Positions 29,107 through 40,152 are shown, counted from the stretch's first letter. The stretch is DNA of 64,000 nucleotides from an uncultured Syntrophomonadaceae bacterium (GCA_964436815.1 CAYTER010000002.1:15401-79400), one strand, 5' to 3'. Made by a program: numbers and translations. The notes: generated by a model not told the origin, from the letters alone.

Positions 29107-32100
29107 TTACCAATATGTACCCAGAAGGTATAAAATCAGTGCTGCCAGCGCTAAAACCAGCACCATGCGTAACACCAACATCAGAAATTTGCGATCCTTC
29201 CCGTTACGAAAGCCGTTTAATTTTCCATTTACTACCACAGTTTTTGCTGAACCCGAATCCGTAAGGCCACCAGCCACTTCACGATTAACAACTTTATAGA
29301 TCGACGGTATGGCCAGGAGCAAAAGGATCGTTCCGGTAATCTGACCACCGATGATCGTTAGCGCCATCGGCGCCTGAAGCTGTCCTCCTTCGCCCAGGCC
29401 CATGGCCAGGGGAACAAGCCCCAAAACTGTTGTGGCAGTCGTCATCAGGATTGGCCTCAACCTGGCCGACGCCCCTTCCACTATCGCTTCGACAAGCGGC
29501 AGGCCGTGAATCCTTCTCTGCTGATTTATAAAATCGACCATGATGATGCCGTCATTAACAAGCACCCCGGAAAGCACTACCACGCCGATCATCGCCGGGA
29601 TACTGATTTCATTGCCGGTCAGAATCAAAGCCAGAACCGCACCGGTATAAGCAAGGGGCAAGCTGCAGATGATAATGAAAGGATGAAGCAGCGATTCAAA
29701 CTGCGCAGCCATAACCAGGTAGACAAGAAGAGCGGCAACGATCATCACCAGCTGCAGTTCAGACATTACATCGCCCATCAGATTTGAACTGCCGGCATTT
29801 TTTATTTCATACCCGGCAGGCAGGCTGAGATCTTCTAAGATGGCCAGCGCTTCCGTCGTGGCCGAGCCCAGATCGATATTGCTGTACTGAACCTGGATCT
29901 GACCGACTATCTGCTGGTTCTCCCGGGGGATACTTTGTGGTCCGTAAGCTTCGGTTAATTCTGCGACTTCATCCAATTTCAGGTATTCGCCGGTAGGTGA
30001 ATAAAAACCGATATTCCCGAGATCGTCAAGCGTATTAATGTCCTGTTTCTGGTAGCCGAGGACGATATTCAAGACGCCCGATTCGGTCTCCATCCGGCTG
30101 ACCGGTATACCTTCCAGAGCCTGGCGGACTGCCGTGGCCACCTGGATCAGGGTTACCCCTTTTTGCAAAGCCTGGCTGTGATCCAGCCTGATGTGCACCT
30201 CGGGGCGGCTTTCTTCCAGTGAAGATTGTATATCAGTAAACGAAGGATGTTTTTCAAGTAGTTTTACGGCCTGCTCGGTTAAGCTGATTACCTGCTGCAG
30301 GTCGCTGCCGCTAACCACCAGATCAAGACGGGTTTCAAGTCCGGCGGCATCCAGTAATGATTCACGGGTAAACGCAGCCTGGGCTTCAACCGGGATCGAT
30401 TCAACCTCAACTCTTACTTCATCCATAATGTTGTCAATCTCACCTACATAATCGGGAGCGATTTCGACCCTGACCTGAGCTTCGTTGGAAACCCCTCCTT
30501 CACCGGGTATACCGATAAATCCGGCACCCCCGATCCGTGAGGAATACGATGCGACTTCCGGTTTGCGGGCCAGAATTTCTTCCAGCTCAGAGACAAAATC
30601 ATCAGTTGTGTCCATGATCGTGCCCGGGGGCAGTGTAATATCAATCCTGAAAGCAGATTCTTCGGGAGAAGGGAAAAGTTCATTGCCAAGAGTACCGTAA
30701 CCAACTACACCAACTACTACAAAGAGAGCAGCGAAAAGCAGCACCCACCATGGATAGCGAACTGCCATTTCAAGCATTTTCCGGTAAGTCGGAAGACGCT
30801 TTGGTTTAGGGCTACTTTCTTGATGATCACGGTCGTTTCGGAGCGAACGCGATGCCATCAGGGGGATGATCGTTAAAGCAACAATCAGCGAAGCAAGGAT
30901 CGCACAGGCTACTGTAAGGGCAAATTCCCAAAATAGCTGGCCTGCCAGACCGCTCAGGAAAACAACGGGGAAAAATACGCTGAGAGTAGTGAGGGTCGAA
31001 GCAGTGACAGCGCCGGACACCTCGCGCGCGCCTTCAACCGCTGCTTCAGCGGGTTCTTTGCCCATCTGGTAATGGCGATAAATATTTTCACTGACCACAA
31101 TGGCATTGTCAACCAACATTCCGGCGGCCAGGGCCAACCCGCCCAGGGTCATTAAATTAATGGTCAGGTCGGTAAAATAAAGCAGGGTAAAAGTGGTGAT
31201 AATCGCTGCCGGTATGCTGATTCCGATAAAAAGGGTTGTTCGCCAGTTTTTTAAGAACAGGATCAAGACCATGATGGCAAGAGCAGCCCCACCGACCAGG
31301 GACCAGGCCAAATCGGCCAGTGCGCTTTCAATTTCCGCCGCCTGATCAAAAATGGTATTGAACTGAACCGGAAATTCTCCAACCTTACTTTCCTCAGTCA
31401 GTTTTTCCAATTCAGCCCTGATCTGGCGAGCCACGATCACCGTATTGGCGTCGCCTTCCTTCTGGATTACCAGCCCGATGCTCGGCTGACTGTCAAAGCG
31501 GCTAATGGTTGACGGGTTATAAATATCCTGCTTGATCTCAGCCAGCATCCCTAAAGAAATCGGATCAATCGGAAAATCATCACCAAGATTGAAGTTTCCC
31601 AGGGAAGAACCTCCGGGAATCATAGAGTTTATAATCATTGTCGTGGCGAGATCCGTAAGGCTGCTTTCCAGCATCCGGGTTGTATCGCCTATCCCCTGTT
31701 GAATATCTCCCTGGACTGCCGTCAGCCATGCCCCGTAGTCCGGTATGGATACGATCGGTTCACGGCGGATTCTCTCCCAGTCTTCATGAAAAGCGATCTT
31801 TATTTGGCTGGGGCTGGACTCAACGATGAGAGCCGACCTGTCGCCAAGGGTACTGATCTGTTCAAAGGTAATATTATTTTCAAACAACCGGTTTTGATCC
31901 AGGGGCACCGAGAGATAGCTGTCTTGCCAAACCGCCTGATTGATCAGCCATACATCTTCAAGCCTGGTTACCCCCTCGCCCAGAACGGCGGCAGGATTCA
32001 AATCAGTCTGGAGCGGTATCTGCCCCAGAGCCTCCAGGGACAAAACCAGGCTCTGCCGGTCACGGTTATAGGTTACATTGGGATTGGCCGTAAAGAGCAG

Positions 32101-33084
32101 CAGACTGGCCGACAGATCGCCATTGTTTTCCGCCACTCTTTGAGCGTTGATCGGCAGGTTAATACTGCCCGCTGCAAAAGTTACCTGATCGAAATTAAAC
32201 AGATCATCCCAGTAAAGATCATTAACCGGCACCGGCCTGGAAGATGGCGCACCGCCTCCGGCAAACAGACCGTTTTGCCCTGATAAAAGGCGGTTCAGGT
32301 TTATATCAACTTCCTGACCGACTAATTTTTCAAGCGCTTCCTGATCGATCTTGAAGCCAACGATCAGATCGGATAAAAGATCGCTGTCTGTGTAACGCCC
32401 CAGGAATCTGATCCTGACCTGGCGATCATCGAGCTCGATAATCCCGGCCGGCAGATCAATCAGGCTGGCTCTTAGAATATTAGCAATCTGTTCAAATGAG
32501 ACTTCATACTCAGCCATCACTTCAGGGGTGGTTCTGACAAAAAGATCCTGACGGGCGCCACCCTGAATCTGGACGCTGGCTACTCCCGTTAACGATTCCA
32601 GCCTTGGCAGAGCTTTCTCTTCCAGCCACTCAGTCAGTTCAACCGGATCTTCGCTGCCGCTGGCCGATAACTGCATAATCGGCAGCAGCGTGGGGTCAAA
32701 TTCAAAAAGAAGCGGCCGCTGGACACCTTCGGGAAAACTGAGTATATCCATCCGAACGTTAACATCTTCGCGCACTTTCTTGATGTCAGCACCCCAGTTA
32801 AAGCGCATAATTACCAGGGAAAGGTTTTCCCTGGAAAACGAATTAAGCGCAGTCAAGCCGCTTACTGCAGAGACGCTGTCTTCAATCGGCTTGGTAACCA
32901 GTTCAAGGGTTTCCTGGGGAGAGCTGCCGGGAAATACAGTGATAACCGCCAGAACCGGGGCCTGGATCTCCGGCAGCAGATCAAGCGGGCTTTGATAAAG
33001 GCTGACTAATCCTATAACCAGGATCACCAGCAAGATCATGGTGGTCGCTATTGGTCTTCTGACTGCTAAATCCGATAAGTTCAA
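29107..33084 (-). CDS. RND (HAE1/AcrB-like) efflux transporter permease, unusually long (1325 aa) with a large periplasmic insertion
   Basis: It has 12 TM helices in two 6-TM bundles and an AcrB-like N-terminus (RRPIATTMILLVILVIG). It starts at a TTG behind AGGAGG. A ~290-aa insertion (about residues 230-520) interrupts the first periplasmic loop. Confidence 0.85.
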   Translation of the reverse strand: MNLSDLAVRRPIATTMILLVILVIGLVSLYQSPLDLLPEIQAPVLAVITVFPGSSPQETLELVTKPIEDSVSAVSGLTALNSFSRENLSLVIMRFNWGADIKKVREDVNVRMDILSFPEGVQRPLLFEFDPTLLPIMQLSASGSEDPVELTEWLEEKALPRLESLTGVASVQIQGGARQDLFVRTTPEVMAEYEVSFEQIANILRASLIDLPAGIIELDDRQVRIRFLGRYTDSDLLSDLIVGFKIDQEALEKLVGQEVDINLNRLLSGQNGLFAGGGAPSSRPVPVNDLYWDDLFNFDQVTFAAGSINLPINAQRVAENNGDLSASLLLFTANPNVTYNRDRQSLVLSLEALGQIPLQTDLNPAAVLGEGVTRLEDVWLINQAVWQDSYLSVPLDQNRLFENNITFEQISTLGDRSALIVESSPSQIKIAFHEDWERIRREPIVSIPDYGAWLTAVQGDIQQGIGDTTRMLESSLTDLATTMIINSMIPGGSSLGNFNLGDDFPIDPISLGMLAEIKQDIYNPSTISRFDSQPSIGLVIQKEGDANTVIVARQIRAELEKLTEESKVGEFPVQFNTIFDQAAEIESALADLAWSLVGGAALAIMVLILFLKNWRTTLFIGISIPAAIITTFTLLYFTDLTINLMTLGGLALAAGMLVDNAIVVSENIYRHYQMGKEPAEAAVEGAREVSGAVTASTLTTLSVFFPVVFLSGLAGQLFWEFALTVACAILASLIVALTIIPLMASRSLRNDRDHQESSPKPKRLPTYRKMLEMAVRYPWWVLLFAALFVVVGVVGYGTLGNELFPSPEESAFRIDITLPPGTIMDTTDDFVSELEEILARKPEVASYSSRIGGAGFIGIPGEGGVSNEAQVRVEIAPDYVGEIDNIMDEVRVEVESIPVEAQAAFTRESLLDAAGLETRLDLVVSGSDLQQVISLTEQAVKLLEKHPSFTDIQSSLEESRPEVHIRLDHSQALQKGVTLIQVATAVRQALEGIPVSRMETESGVLNIVLGYQKQDINTLDDLGNIGFYSPTGEYLKLDEVAELTEAYGPQSIPRENQQIVGQIQVQYSNIDLGSATTEALAILEDLSLPAGYEIKNAGSSNLMGDVMSELQLVMIVAALLVYLVMAAQFESLLHPFIIICSLPLAYTGAVLALILTGNEISIPAMIGVVVLSGVLVNDGIIMVDFINQQRRIHGLPLVEAIVEGASARLRPILMTTATTVLGLVPLAMGLGEGGQLQAPMALTIIGGQITGTILLLLAIPSIYKVVNREVAGGLTDSGSAKTVVVNGKLNGFRNGKDRKFLMLVLRMVLVLALAALILYLLGTYW

Positions 33085-33198
33085 ACTGTAATGCCTCCTG
33101 AAAGTTTCAACCGGCTGACCGGTCGGTCGGCCACTTTCACATTATAGCATAAAATTTTTAACTGGATGCGTTACGGATAAATTTGCTTCCATGCAGTG

Positions 33199-34107
33199 TT
33201 AGCGGTTGCGGGCGACCGAGTAAGCGGCGAGCGCGATCGAGGCCATCTTGCCCATCGGCGGCTCGTTGCGTGAAGTCAGGATCACCGGTCTTGAAGCGCC
33301 AAGGACCAAGCCACCCATACGTCCGCCGGCAAAATAGATAATCGCTTTACCGAGAAGATTACCGGCTTCAATATTAGGAACCATCAGCAGATCTGTTTTG
33401 CCGGCAATCGGGCTGTCAATTCCTTTATGCAGCGCTGCTTCCAGGCTGACTGCAATATCAAGAGGAGTAGGACCGTCTACAACCGCTCCCGGAAAAGCTT
33501 CAGCAGCCATTTCTTTTAAAGCCTGGGCATCCACGGTTGACGGCATTTTCGGATCTACTTTTTCGTTGGCCGTTAAAAAAGCGACTTTCGGATGTTCCAG
33601 CCCAACAGCCTGCAGGAACTCAACCGCATTCTGGGTGATCGCTTTTTTCTGCTCCAGGTTGGGGCTGACATTCAAACCGCCATCAGTCATGTAAATCAGG
33701 CGATAGTAGCCGGGCACTTCGTATATAGCCAGGTGGCTTAGGATTCGATCGCGCCTCATCCCGCCCTCGGGATGAAGAACGGCTCTTAGAAAATCCGAGC
33801 TGTTGACCATCCCTTTCATCAGGATATCAGCCCGCCCGGAAGCGACCTCTTTTACTGCCCGGTGTGTGGCTGCAATCGGATCCGGTTCATCAATGATCTC
33901 GATTCCCTGCAGGTTCAGGCTGACCGTCATCGCCAGCCGCCAGATCCGCTCTTCGGGACCGATCAGGACAAAATCAACCAAACCTTCCTTGCGGCTGTCC
34001 CTGACCGCTTCCAGAACCGCTTCTTCCGAAGCAGCGGCGACACAGAGGCGGCATGGAGGCAGCTCTTTAACTGCTGCAATAACCTGGTAGAAATTTTCAA
34101 ATGACAT
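33199..34107 (-). CDS. ptb: Phosphate butyryltransferase (Ptb/Pta family)
   Basis: 302 aa phosphate acyltransferase fold, immediately downstream of buk on the same strand. Confidence 0.8.
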   Translation of the reverse strand: MSFENFYQVIAAVKELPPCRLCVAAASEEAVLEAVRDSRKEGLVDFVLIGPEERIWRLAMTVSLNLQGIEIIDEPDPIAATHRAVKEVASGRADILMKGMVNSSDFLRAVLHPEGGMRRDRILSHLAIYEVPGYYRLIYMTDGGLNVSPNLEQKKAITQNAVEFLQAVGLEHPKVAFLTANEKVDPKMPSTVDAQALKEMAAEAFPGAVVDGPTPLDIAVSLEAALHKGIDSPIAGKTDLLMVPNIEAGNLLGKAIIYFAGGRMGGLVLGASRPVILTSRNEPPMGKMASIALAAYSVARNR

Positions 34108-34162
34108 CCGAGAGAACCCTCCCCTTTAAATGCAGAGTTTTCACTGTAAACCTGGTACAGGA

Positions 34163-35224
34163 TTAATACCTGAGAGCTTCTGATTCGCCGCGTAAAACAC
34201 GAAGCGCCCCAGAAACCAGGGCTTCCAACTCTTCTTCACCAGCCAGAACTTCAACGGGCGCAATAGATGATACCCGCTCTGAAATCTGATCAACTAAGGT
34301 TTTTGCGTTAGCCATACCACCGGTGATTACAATCAGATCCACTTCGCCTTTTAAAACAGTTGCCATCGCGCCAATTTCCTTTGCCACCTGGTAAGCCATG
34401 GCAGAAACAACCAATGCAGCTTCCTGATCGCCATCCTGAACCCTTTTCTCGACACTGATGAAATCCTTGCTGCCCAGATAAGAAAAAATGCCACCCTGAG
34501 AGGTTAACAGACGGGTTAGCTGCTCCTGATTATAATTACCGCTGAAGCAGAGCCGCACCAAACCCAGGGAAGGCAGGGTGCCGCATCTTTCAAGGGAAAA
34601 AGGGCCTTCTTCATTAGCGTTATTGACATCAATCATTTTGCCTAAACAGTGAGCCGATACGGAGATGCCGCTGCCTAAATGAGCTACTACCATCTTCATT
34701 TCAGAGTATTTGTTCCCGGCCCGATCAGCCGCCAGTCTGGCCATCGCTTTCATGTTCAGGGCATGAGACATGCTTAAGCGGGGAACACCTTTTAAACCTG
34801 ACAAGCGGGCTTCCGGTTCAAATTCATCTACGGTTACCGGATCCACGGTGAAGAGGGGTAACCCCAATTTCCTGGCCAGGGGCAGAGCAATGATTGAACC
34901 TAAGTTCGATGCGTGCCAGCCGTATTTTGCAGTACGGAGTTCTTCATAAATTGCCTCATCCACCAGGTAGGTCCCTGAAGCTAGTGGCTTTAAGAGTCCC
35001 CCTCGCACAACAATGGCAGAGAGTTTTGTCAATGCAATTTCATTGGCTTTAAGAAAAGAGAGGATTGCCTCACGGCGAATTTCAGCCTGCTGTTCACGGT
35101 CAAGATCAGCTGCTATTTCTTTTTCAGAATGTCGCAAAGTCTCTTTAAGAAGACAGGTATGATCATCGAAAAGCCCGATTTTGGTTGAGGTGGATCCCGG
35201 ATTAAGGGCGAGGATCAGATACAT
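34163..35224 (-). CDS. buk: Butyrate kinase
   Basis: 353 aa acetate/butyrate kinase (ASKHA) family, with N-terminal LNPGSTSTKIGLFDD. Its size and the ptb neighbour fit buk. Confidence 0.85.
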   Translation of the reverse strand: MYLILALNPGSTSTKIGLFDDHTCLLKETLRHSEKEIAADLDREQQAEIRREAILSFLKANEIALTKLSAIVVRGGLLKPLASGTYLVDEAIYEELRTAKYGWHASNLGSIIALPLARKLGLPLFTVDPVTVDEFEPEARLSGLKGVPRLSMSHALNMKAMARLAADRAGNKYSEMKMVVAHLGSGISVSAHCLGKMIDVNNANEEGPFSLERCGTLPSLGLVRLCFSGNYNQEQLTRLLTSQGGIFSYLGSKDFISVEKRVQDGDQEAALVVSAMAYQVAKEIGAMATVLKGEVDLIVITGGMANAKTLVDQISERVSSIAPVEVLAGEEELEALVSGALRVLRGESEALRY

Positions 35225-35343
35225 TAAGCCACTCCTTTGCCTGCCGGTTCAAGCATAACAGTAAACTATAGCCTTAACAGGTTAATTCCGCTTTTATTCT
35301 ATGTGATTTTACGTTAGATTACAAACTACTAATAAACTTCTGC

Positions 35344-37506
35344 TTAAGGATCAACTTTACCTGCAGCCTGCCTGATAGAGAGGGCAATCCGGTTTCTTTC
35401 CCGATCGATACTCAGGATCTTGACTGTCACTGTTTCTTCCAACTGCAGAACATCAAGCGGGTGCTTAATAAAGCGGTCGGCAATTTCAGAAATATGAACC
35501 AACCCGTCATGATGCACCCCTACATCAATAAATGCGCCAAAATCAACAATATTGCGGACGATTCCATTGAGCGTCATTCCCGGTTCCAGATCGTCAATCC
35601 CGGTAATCGATTTCATAAAGACCGGCTTGGGCAGATCTTCACGCGGATCTCGGCCCGGTTTCCGGAATTCCTCCAGGATATCGCGAACGGTCGGCTCTCC
35701 TGCGTTAAACGCAGCGGCAAGTTCGGCTACGAGATCATCCCGGGTTGCTGGAATTTTATCCGGTGAACCAAGATCAGCCGGTTGAAGGCCTAGCCGCTCA
35801 ATCATTTTTTCTGCCAGGTCATAAGATTCCGGGTGTACGGCGCTTCGTTCGAGATATTTCTCACTTTCAGGGAGGCGTAAAAAACCGGCGCACTGCTTGA
35901 AGATCTTCGGTCCCAACCCCTGTAATTTGAGTAATTCGGAACGGGATTTGAAGGTCCCGTTCTGATCACGATATTCAACAATCCGGCCGGCTACAGTGCT
36001 GTTGATCCCGGCGACATAGGCCAGAAGCTCGGCTGAAGCATTGTTTAGCTCAACACCAACATTGTTGACACAGCTTTCCACTGTTCCGGCAAGAGAGCTG
36101 TCCAGATCTTTTGTTGCCATGTCATGCTGGTATTGACCTACTCCGATCGCTTTCGGATCAATTTTAACCAGCTCAGCAAGCGGATCCTGGAGCCGGCGGG
36201 CAATCGAAACGGCACTGCGCTCAGCGACATCAAGATTGGGAAACTCTTTTCGCGCAGCTTGTGAGGCAGAGTAAACACTGGCGCCGGCTTCATTGACAAT
36301 CGTATATTCGATCGGACGGTCGGCATCTTTAATTGCTCCGGCGACAAAGATCTCACTTTCCCGCGAAGCGGTGCCATTACCGATCGCGATACAGTCTATA
36401 TGATGTTTTTCCAACATTTGCTGGAGTTTCTCATTGGCTCCGGCCTGATCATTGCGCGGAGCGGTAGGGAATATTGCTGCTGTTTCAAGCAGACGGCCTG
36501 TTTCAGATACTGCCGCCAGTTTACAACCCGTCCTAAAACCTGGATCCCAGCCAAGGACCCGTTTGTTGCGTACAGGAGGCACCAGTAATCTTTTTTTTAG
36601 GTTCGCCCTGAATACAACAAGAGCGCCGGCAAAAGCCTTATCAATCAGGTCCTGCCACAGCTCCCTTTCCAGTGAGGGGTGAATCAGGCGTTTAATGCTG
36701 TCAGCTGCCGCTTCCCGGATTAAACTGGAACAGGCTTCGTTAACTTCATTACGAAGATATGCTGCGTTCACAATTTTCAAAGCCGGCTCAACTTCTAAAA
36801 CTATTTTAAAATCAAGAGCCTTTTCTTTTGCGCCGCGATTAATCGCTAATACCCGGTGATCTTTTATACTTGAAAGCGGTTCACTGAATTGCTCGTAATG
36901 ATCGTATTTATCATCCACTGCATCAGCTATCTTTTTAACTTCAATTATTGCCCCGCGCCTATGTAAGCTGCGGAGGGATTTTCGGACTGAAGCATCATCA
37001 GAGATGATCTCCGCAATAATATCAGCTGCTCCCTGGAGAGCATCTTTTACGGTTAACAATCCACTCCCGGGATCAATCAGCTTTATAGCTTCCTGCTCTG
37101 GATCAATCTGACCTTCCATCACCTTTAGGGCAAGCGGCTCAAGCCCCTGGTCACGCGCTACGGAGGCTCTGGTGCGTTTTTTAGGCCGGTAAGGCCGGTA
37201 GAGATCATCAAGTTCGGTAACTGTTTGCGCCAGTTCGATCATTTTCTGAAGTTCCGGGGTCAGCTCATCCTGGCTTTCAATCAGACGCATAACATCCTGT
37301 CGCCTTGCTTCAAGGTTACGATATTGAATCAGTCTGTCCTGCAGCAGCCGTAATTCTTCATCATTAAGACCGCCGGTTTGTTCTTTACGGTAACGGGCAA
37401 TGAAAGGTACGGTGTTTCCTTCGTCAAGTAACGCTGCGCTCTGGATAATTTTATACAGATCAATACCCGTTTCCTTGCTGATTCGTTTAAATACTAACTC
37501 CTGCAT
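35344..37506 (-). CDS. tex: Transcription accessory protein Tex (YqgF/HhH/S1 domains)
   Basis: 720 aa. The N-terminus is FIARYRKEQTGGL, followed by a YqgF-like core and a C-terminal S1 domain. Confidence 0.85.
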   Translation of the reverse strand: MQELVFKRISKETGIDLYKIIQSAALLDEGNTVPFIARYRKEQTGGLNDEELRLLQDRLIQYRNLEARRQDVMRLIESQDELTPELQKMIELAQTVTELDDLYRPYRPKKRTRASVARDQGLEPLALKVMEGQIDPEQEAIKLIDPGSGLLTVKDALQGAADIIAEIISDDASVRKSLRSLHRRGAIIEVKKIADAVDDKYDHYEQFSEPLSSIKDHRVLAINRGAKEKALDFKIVLEVEPALKIVNAAYLRNEVNEACSSLIREAAADSIKRLIHPSLERELWQDLIDKAFAGALVVFRANLKKRLLVPPVRNKRVLGWDPGFRTGCKLAAVSETGRLLETAAIFPTAPRNDQAGANEKLQQMLEKHHIDCIAIGNGTASRESEIFVAGAIKDADRPIEYTIVNEAGASVYSASQAARKEFPNLDVAERSAVSIARRLQDPLAELVKIDPKAIGVGQYQHDMATKDLDSSLAGTVESCVNNVGVELNNASAELLAYVAGINSTVAGRIVEYRDQNGTFKSRSELLKLQGLGPKIFKQCAGFLRLPESEKYLERSAVHPESYDLAEKMIERLGLQPADLGSPDKIPATRDDLVAELAAAFNAGEPTVRDILEEFRKPGRDPREDLPKPVFMKSITGIDDLEPGMTLNGIVRNIVDFGAFIDVGVHHDGLVHISEIADRFIKHPLDVLQLEETVTVKILSIDRERNRIALSIRQAAGKVDP

Positions 37507-37536
37507 TACTGCCTCCGATCATTACTGCCAAAAATA

Positions 37537-38769
37537 TTAAAGGTCTTCATCAGGAGATTCTTCTGGATCCGGAGATTCTTCTACATCCGGATCAGGAGAG
37601 GGTTCCGGTTCCGGAGCGGGTTCAGGCTCATCTTCAGGCTCTTCTTCCGCTTCATCTACCGGTTCCGGTTCCGGCACTTCTTCCGGCAAAGGCTCCGGCT
37701 CTATTTCCAGATCATCTTCGGGGTGCGGCTCGGCTGTAACCGGACCCGGCAAGTAAGGTTCTTCCAGCCTTCCCACGGTCAACCCAAAAACATTTTCGAT
37801 AATCTCAACCCGGTAATCCCCATCGATTACAAGATAATAGATATTCTGGCCATCACGGTTGGATAGTTTGCCCTCACCGGCAAATACATATCCTTCAATT
37901 TGATCATAATCAAGGCGCAACCCGAAAAATACAAGGGTTAGCATCTGCAGTGGGGTAAGGGTCGTATCAATATTTTCATTAACAGCACGGTAAAAAGGCG
38001 GAAGAGTAACCAACCCCCCTGGTGAAAGCAGCTGCCTGAACATGGCGATCAGCGCTTTCTGCTGCCTTTGGGTTCTACCCCTTTCCCCGCCCAGGTTATC
38101 AGCCCTGCTGCGCACATACTGCATAAAAGTTGCTCCATCCAACCTTTGTTTACCGGCATTAACAAGGATATCCCCTCTTCCGTAATTAGAGCGAACTTCT
38201 TTTTCAACCTCTATTTCAACCCCACCGATACTGTCAATAATATCCTTGGCACCATCCATATCAACAATGACATAGTCATGGATGGCAATGCCGCCTAAAA
38301 AATCTTCAATCGTCCGGATTACAGTTTCAATCCCTCCTAAATGAGGGTTAGCATCTTCAGCAGTGCGGTAATAACCATACATGTAGGAATGGTTGATTTT
38401 GTCATAGATATTTACCCCATTAATCTGCACATAGCTGTCCCGGGGGATCGATACAAGGGCCACTTTACCGGTATTTAAGTTTAACGCGGCAATCATGATA
38501 GTATCCGGCCGGAAAAGACTGTACTGGCTGTCGCGGGCTGCCGAACGGTCGAAGCCTAGCAAAGCAATATTTAAAGTTTCGCCCTCTAAATAATCCATTC
38601 GATCAACTGTCGAAGCCACCGGGGATCTTTCAATAAATCTTTCCGGGAAGAATGCAAAGGCTGCAGAGGTTAAAAAAACAGGAACAAACAACAAAATGAT
38701 CAGTATTTTCAACATTGAATATTTCTTATTTCTTTTCCTGTCCGCCACCGGAAAACAGCTCCTCGTCAA
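37537..38769 (-). CDS. LytR-CpsA-Psr (LCP) family cell-wall polymer transferase with an acidic Pro/Glu-rich C-terminal tail
   Basis: It has an N-terminal TM helix, an LCP core (DTIMIAALNLNTGKVALVSIPRDSY), and a C-terminal ~70 aa rich in EPEPEP/PDPE. Confidence 0.8.
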   Translation of the reverse strand: MTRSCFPVADRKRNKKYSMLKILIILLFVPVFLTSAAFAFFPERFIERSPVASTVDRMDYLEGETLNIALLGFDRSAARDSQYSLFRPDTIMIAALNLNTGKVALVSIPRDSYVQINGVNIYDKINHSYMYGYYRTAEDANPHLGGIETVIRTIEDFLGGIAIHDYVIVDMDGAKDIIDSIGGVEIEVEKEVRSNYGRGDILVNAGKQRLDGATFMQYVRSRADNLGGERGRTQRQQKALIAMFRQLLSPGGLVTLPPFYRAVNENIDTTLTPLQMLTLVFFGLRLDYDQIEGYVFAGEGKLSNRDGQNIYYLVIDGDYRVEIIENVFGLTVGRLEEPYLPGPVTAEPHPEDDLEIEPEPLPEEVPEPEPVDEAEEEPEDEPEPAPEPEPSPDPDVEESPDPEESPDEDL

Positions 38770-38807
38770 AAAACTAATGGTTTCTGGGATCCACTGATCT
38801 GTGCTTT

Positions 38808-39407
38808 TTAATAAAAAGTTATCTTGGCGAAAGGCAGAAAGCGCATGATCACTCGCCCCTGGATATTTCCCAGCGGCACTGGACCGATCTGCCTGCTGTC
38901 ACTGCTATGATTGCGGTTATCGCCAAGAACATAAATATGGTCTTGTGGAACTACAACCGGCTCATGCTCGGTGGTCATCTTACCTTTAATATAACTTTCC
39001 TCGACAACCTCACCATTGCGATAAACACGACCCATAATGAACTCCAGCCGATCCCCCGGGAGGCCGATAACCCTTTTTACCCACATATGATCGCTTCTTT
39101 CGCGAATGATGAGCGCCGGCAGCGGGCTTTCGATCAGGCGATCCTGCAGGGTCCTGCTCCGTTCTACCCGGCTGTCGATAATTACAATATCACCGTAATC
39201 CGGGGCAGCTTTAAAAATTGAGGGAGTCAGGAAAACCAAAACACGGTTTCCCTGCGAATCGAATGTCGGTTCCATCGAAATATCATTAATATCGTAGGTT
39301 TGAATAACCAGCACACTGATGGCAATAGTGATCACAATGATCAGCAAGATTTGTTTTAACCATGATACGATTGTTGATTCCTGCTTCGTTTTTTCCATGA
39401 GCGGCAT
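38808..39407 (-). CDS. lepB: Signal peptidase I (S26)
   Basis: 199 aa with an N-terminal TM helix and the catalytic Ser/Lys boxes SMEPTF and GDNRNHSSDSR...GRV. Confidence 0.85.
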   Translation of the reverse strand: MPLMEKTKQESTIVSWLKQILLIIVITIAISVLVIQTYDINDISMEPTFDSQGNRVLVFLTPSIFKAAPDYGDIVIIDSRVERSRTLQDRLIESPLPALIIRERSDHMWVKRVIGLPGDRLEFIMGRVYRNGEVVEESYIKGKMTTEHEPVVVPQDHIYVLGDNRNHSSDSRQIGPVPLGNIQGRVIMRFLPFAKITFY

Positions 39408-39513
39408 GACTCCTCTACAGTAAAAAATCTAAGCCCCCGGCTGCTAAAACACTGTGGAACCTTAGATGATTATAACACTTGCCGGAAATAGGATAATAAC
39501 CCCGAACTACTCC

Positions 39514-40152
39514 CTAACTGTCAAAAAGTTTATTTTGCAAAGCAAAAATGGCCAGTTGCGTGCGATCACGCAGGTTCAGTTTTTCCAGCAAATGCGTGAC
39601 ATGGGTTTTAACCGTCCGTTCACTGATGAACAGCTGATCGCCGATCTCCTTGTTACCCAAACCACCGGTAATCAGCTCCAGCACCTCCAGCTCGCGCGGG
39701 CTGATTTGATCTATTTTTTTCGTGCTGTTCATACTACCGCTAACTTCTTTCAGCATCCTTGCCGCCGCCAGGGGATGAAGGGTCGGTTCGCCTGCCGCCG
39801 CGCTGCGGATGGCTGCAGCAAGCTCATCTGCAGCGACATCCTTAAGCAGGTATGAAAGTGCGCCGGCTTTAATTGCCGGCAGGACCAGGTCATCTTCCGC
39901 CTTGCTGGTCAGCACTATGATTTTTGAGTGTGGACTGGCTTCCAGGCATCTTCTGGTTCCTTCCAGGCCATCGGCCCCCGGCATCAACAGATCCATCAAA
40001 ATCACATCAGGCTTTAACCGCCCGGCCATTTCAGCCGCGGATGCTCCGTCTGCAGCTTCTCCCACTACTTCAAGATCAGCTTCGGTATCAAGATAATATT
40101 TTAAACCTTCGCGAACCAGGCCATGATCATCTACCAAGAGGACTGAAATCAT
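39514..40152 (-). CDS. NarL/LuxR-family response regulator, LiaR/VraR-like
   Basis: The REC domain is VLLVDDHGLVREGL...D, with a C-terminal LuxR-type HTH (LSPRELEVLELITGGLGNKEIGDQLFISERTVKTHV). It overlaps the HK stop by 4 bp. Confidence 0.85.
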   Translation of the reverse strand: MISVLLVDDHGLVREGLKYYLDTEADLEVVGEAADGASAAEMAGRLKPDVILMDLLMPGADGLEGTRRCLEASPHSKIIVLTSKAEDDLVLPAIKAGALSYLLKDVAADELAAAIRSAAAGEPTLHPLAAARMLKEVSGSMNSTKKIDQISPRELEVLELITGGLGNKEIGDQLFISERTVKTHVTHLLEKLNLRDRTQLAIFALQNKLFDS

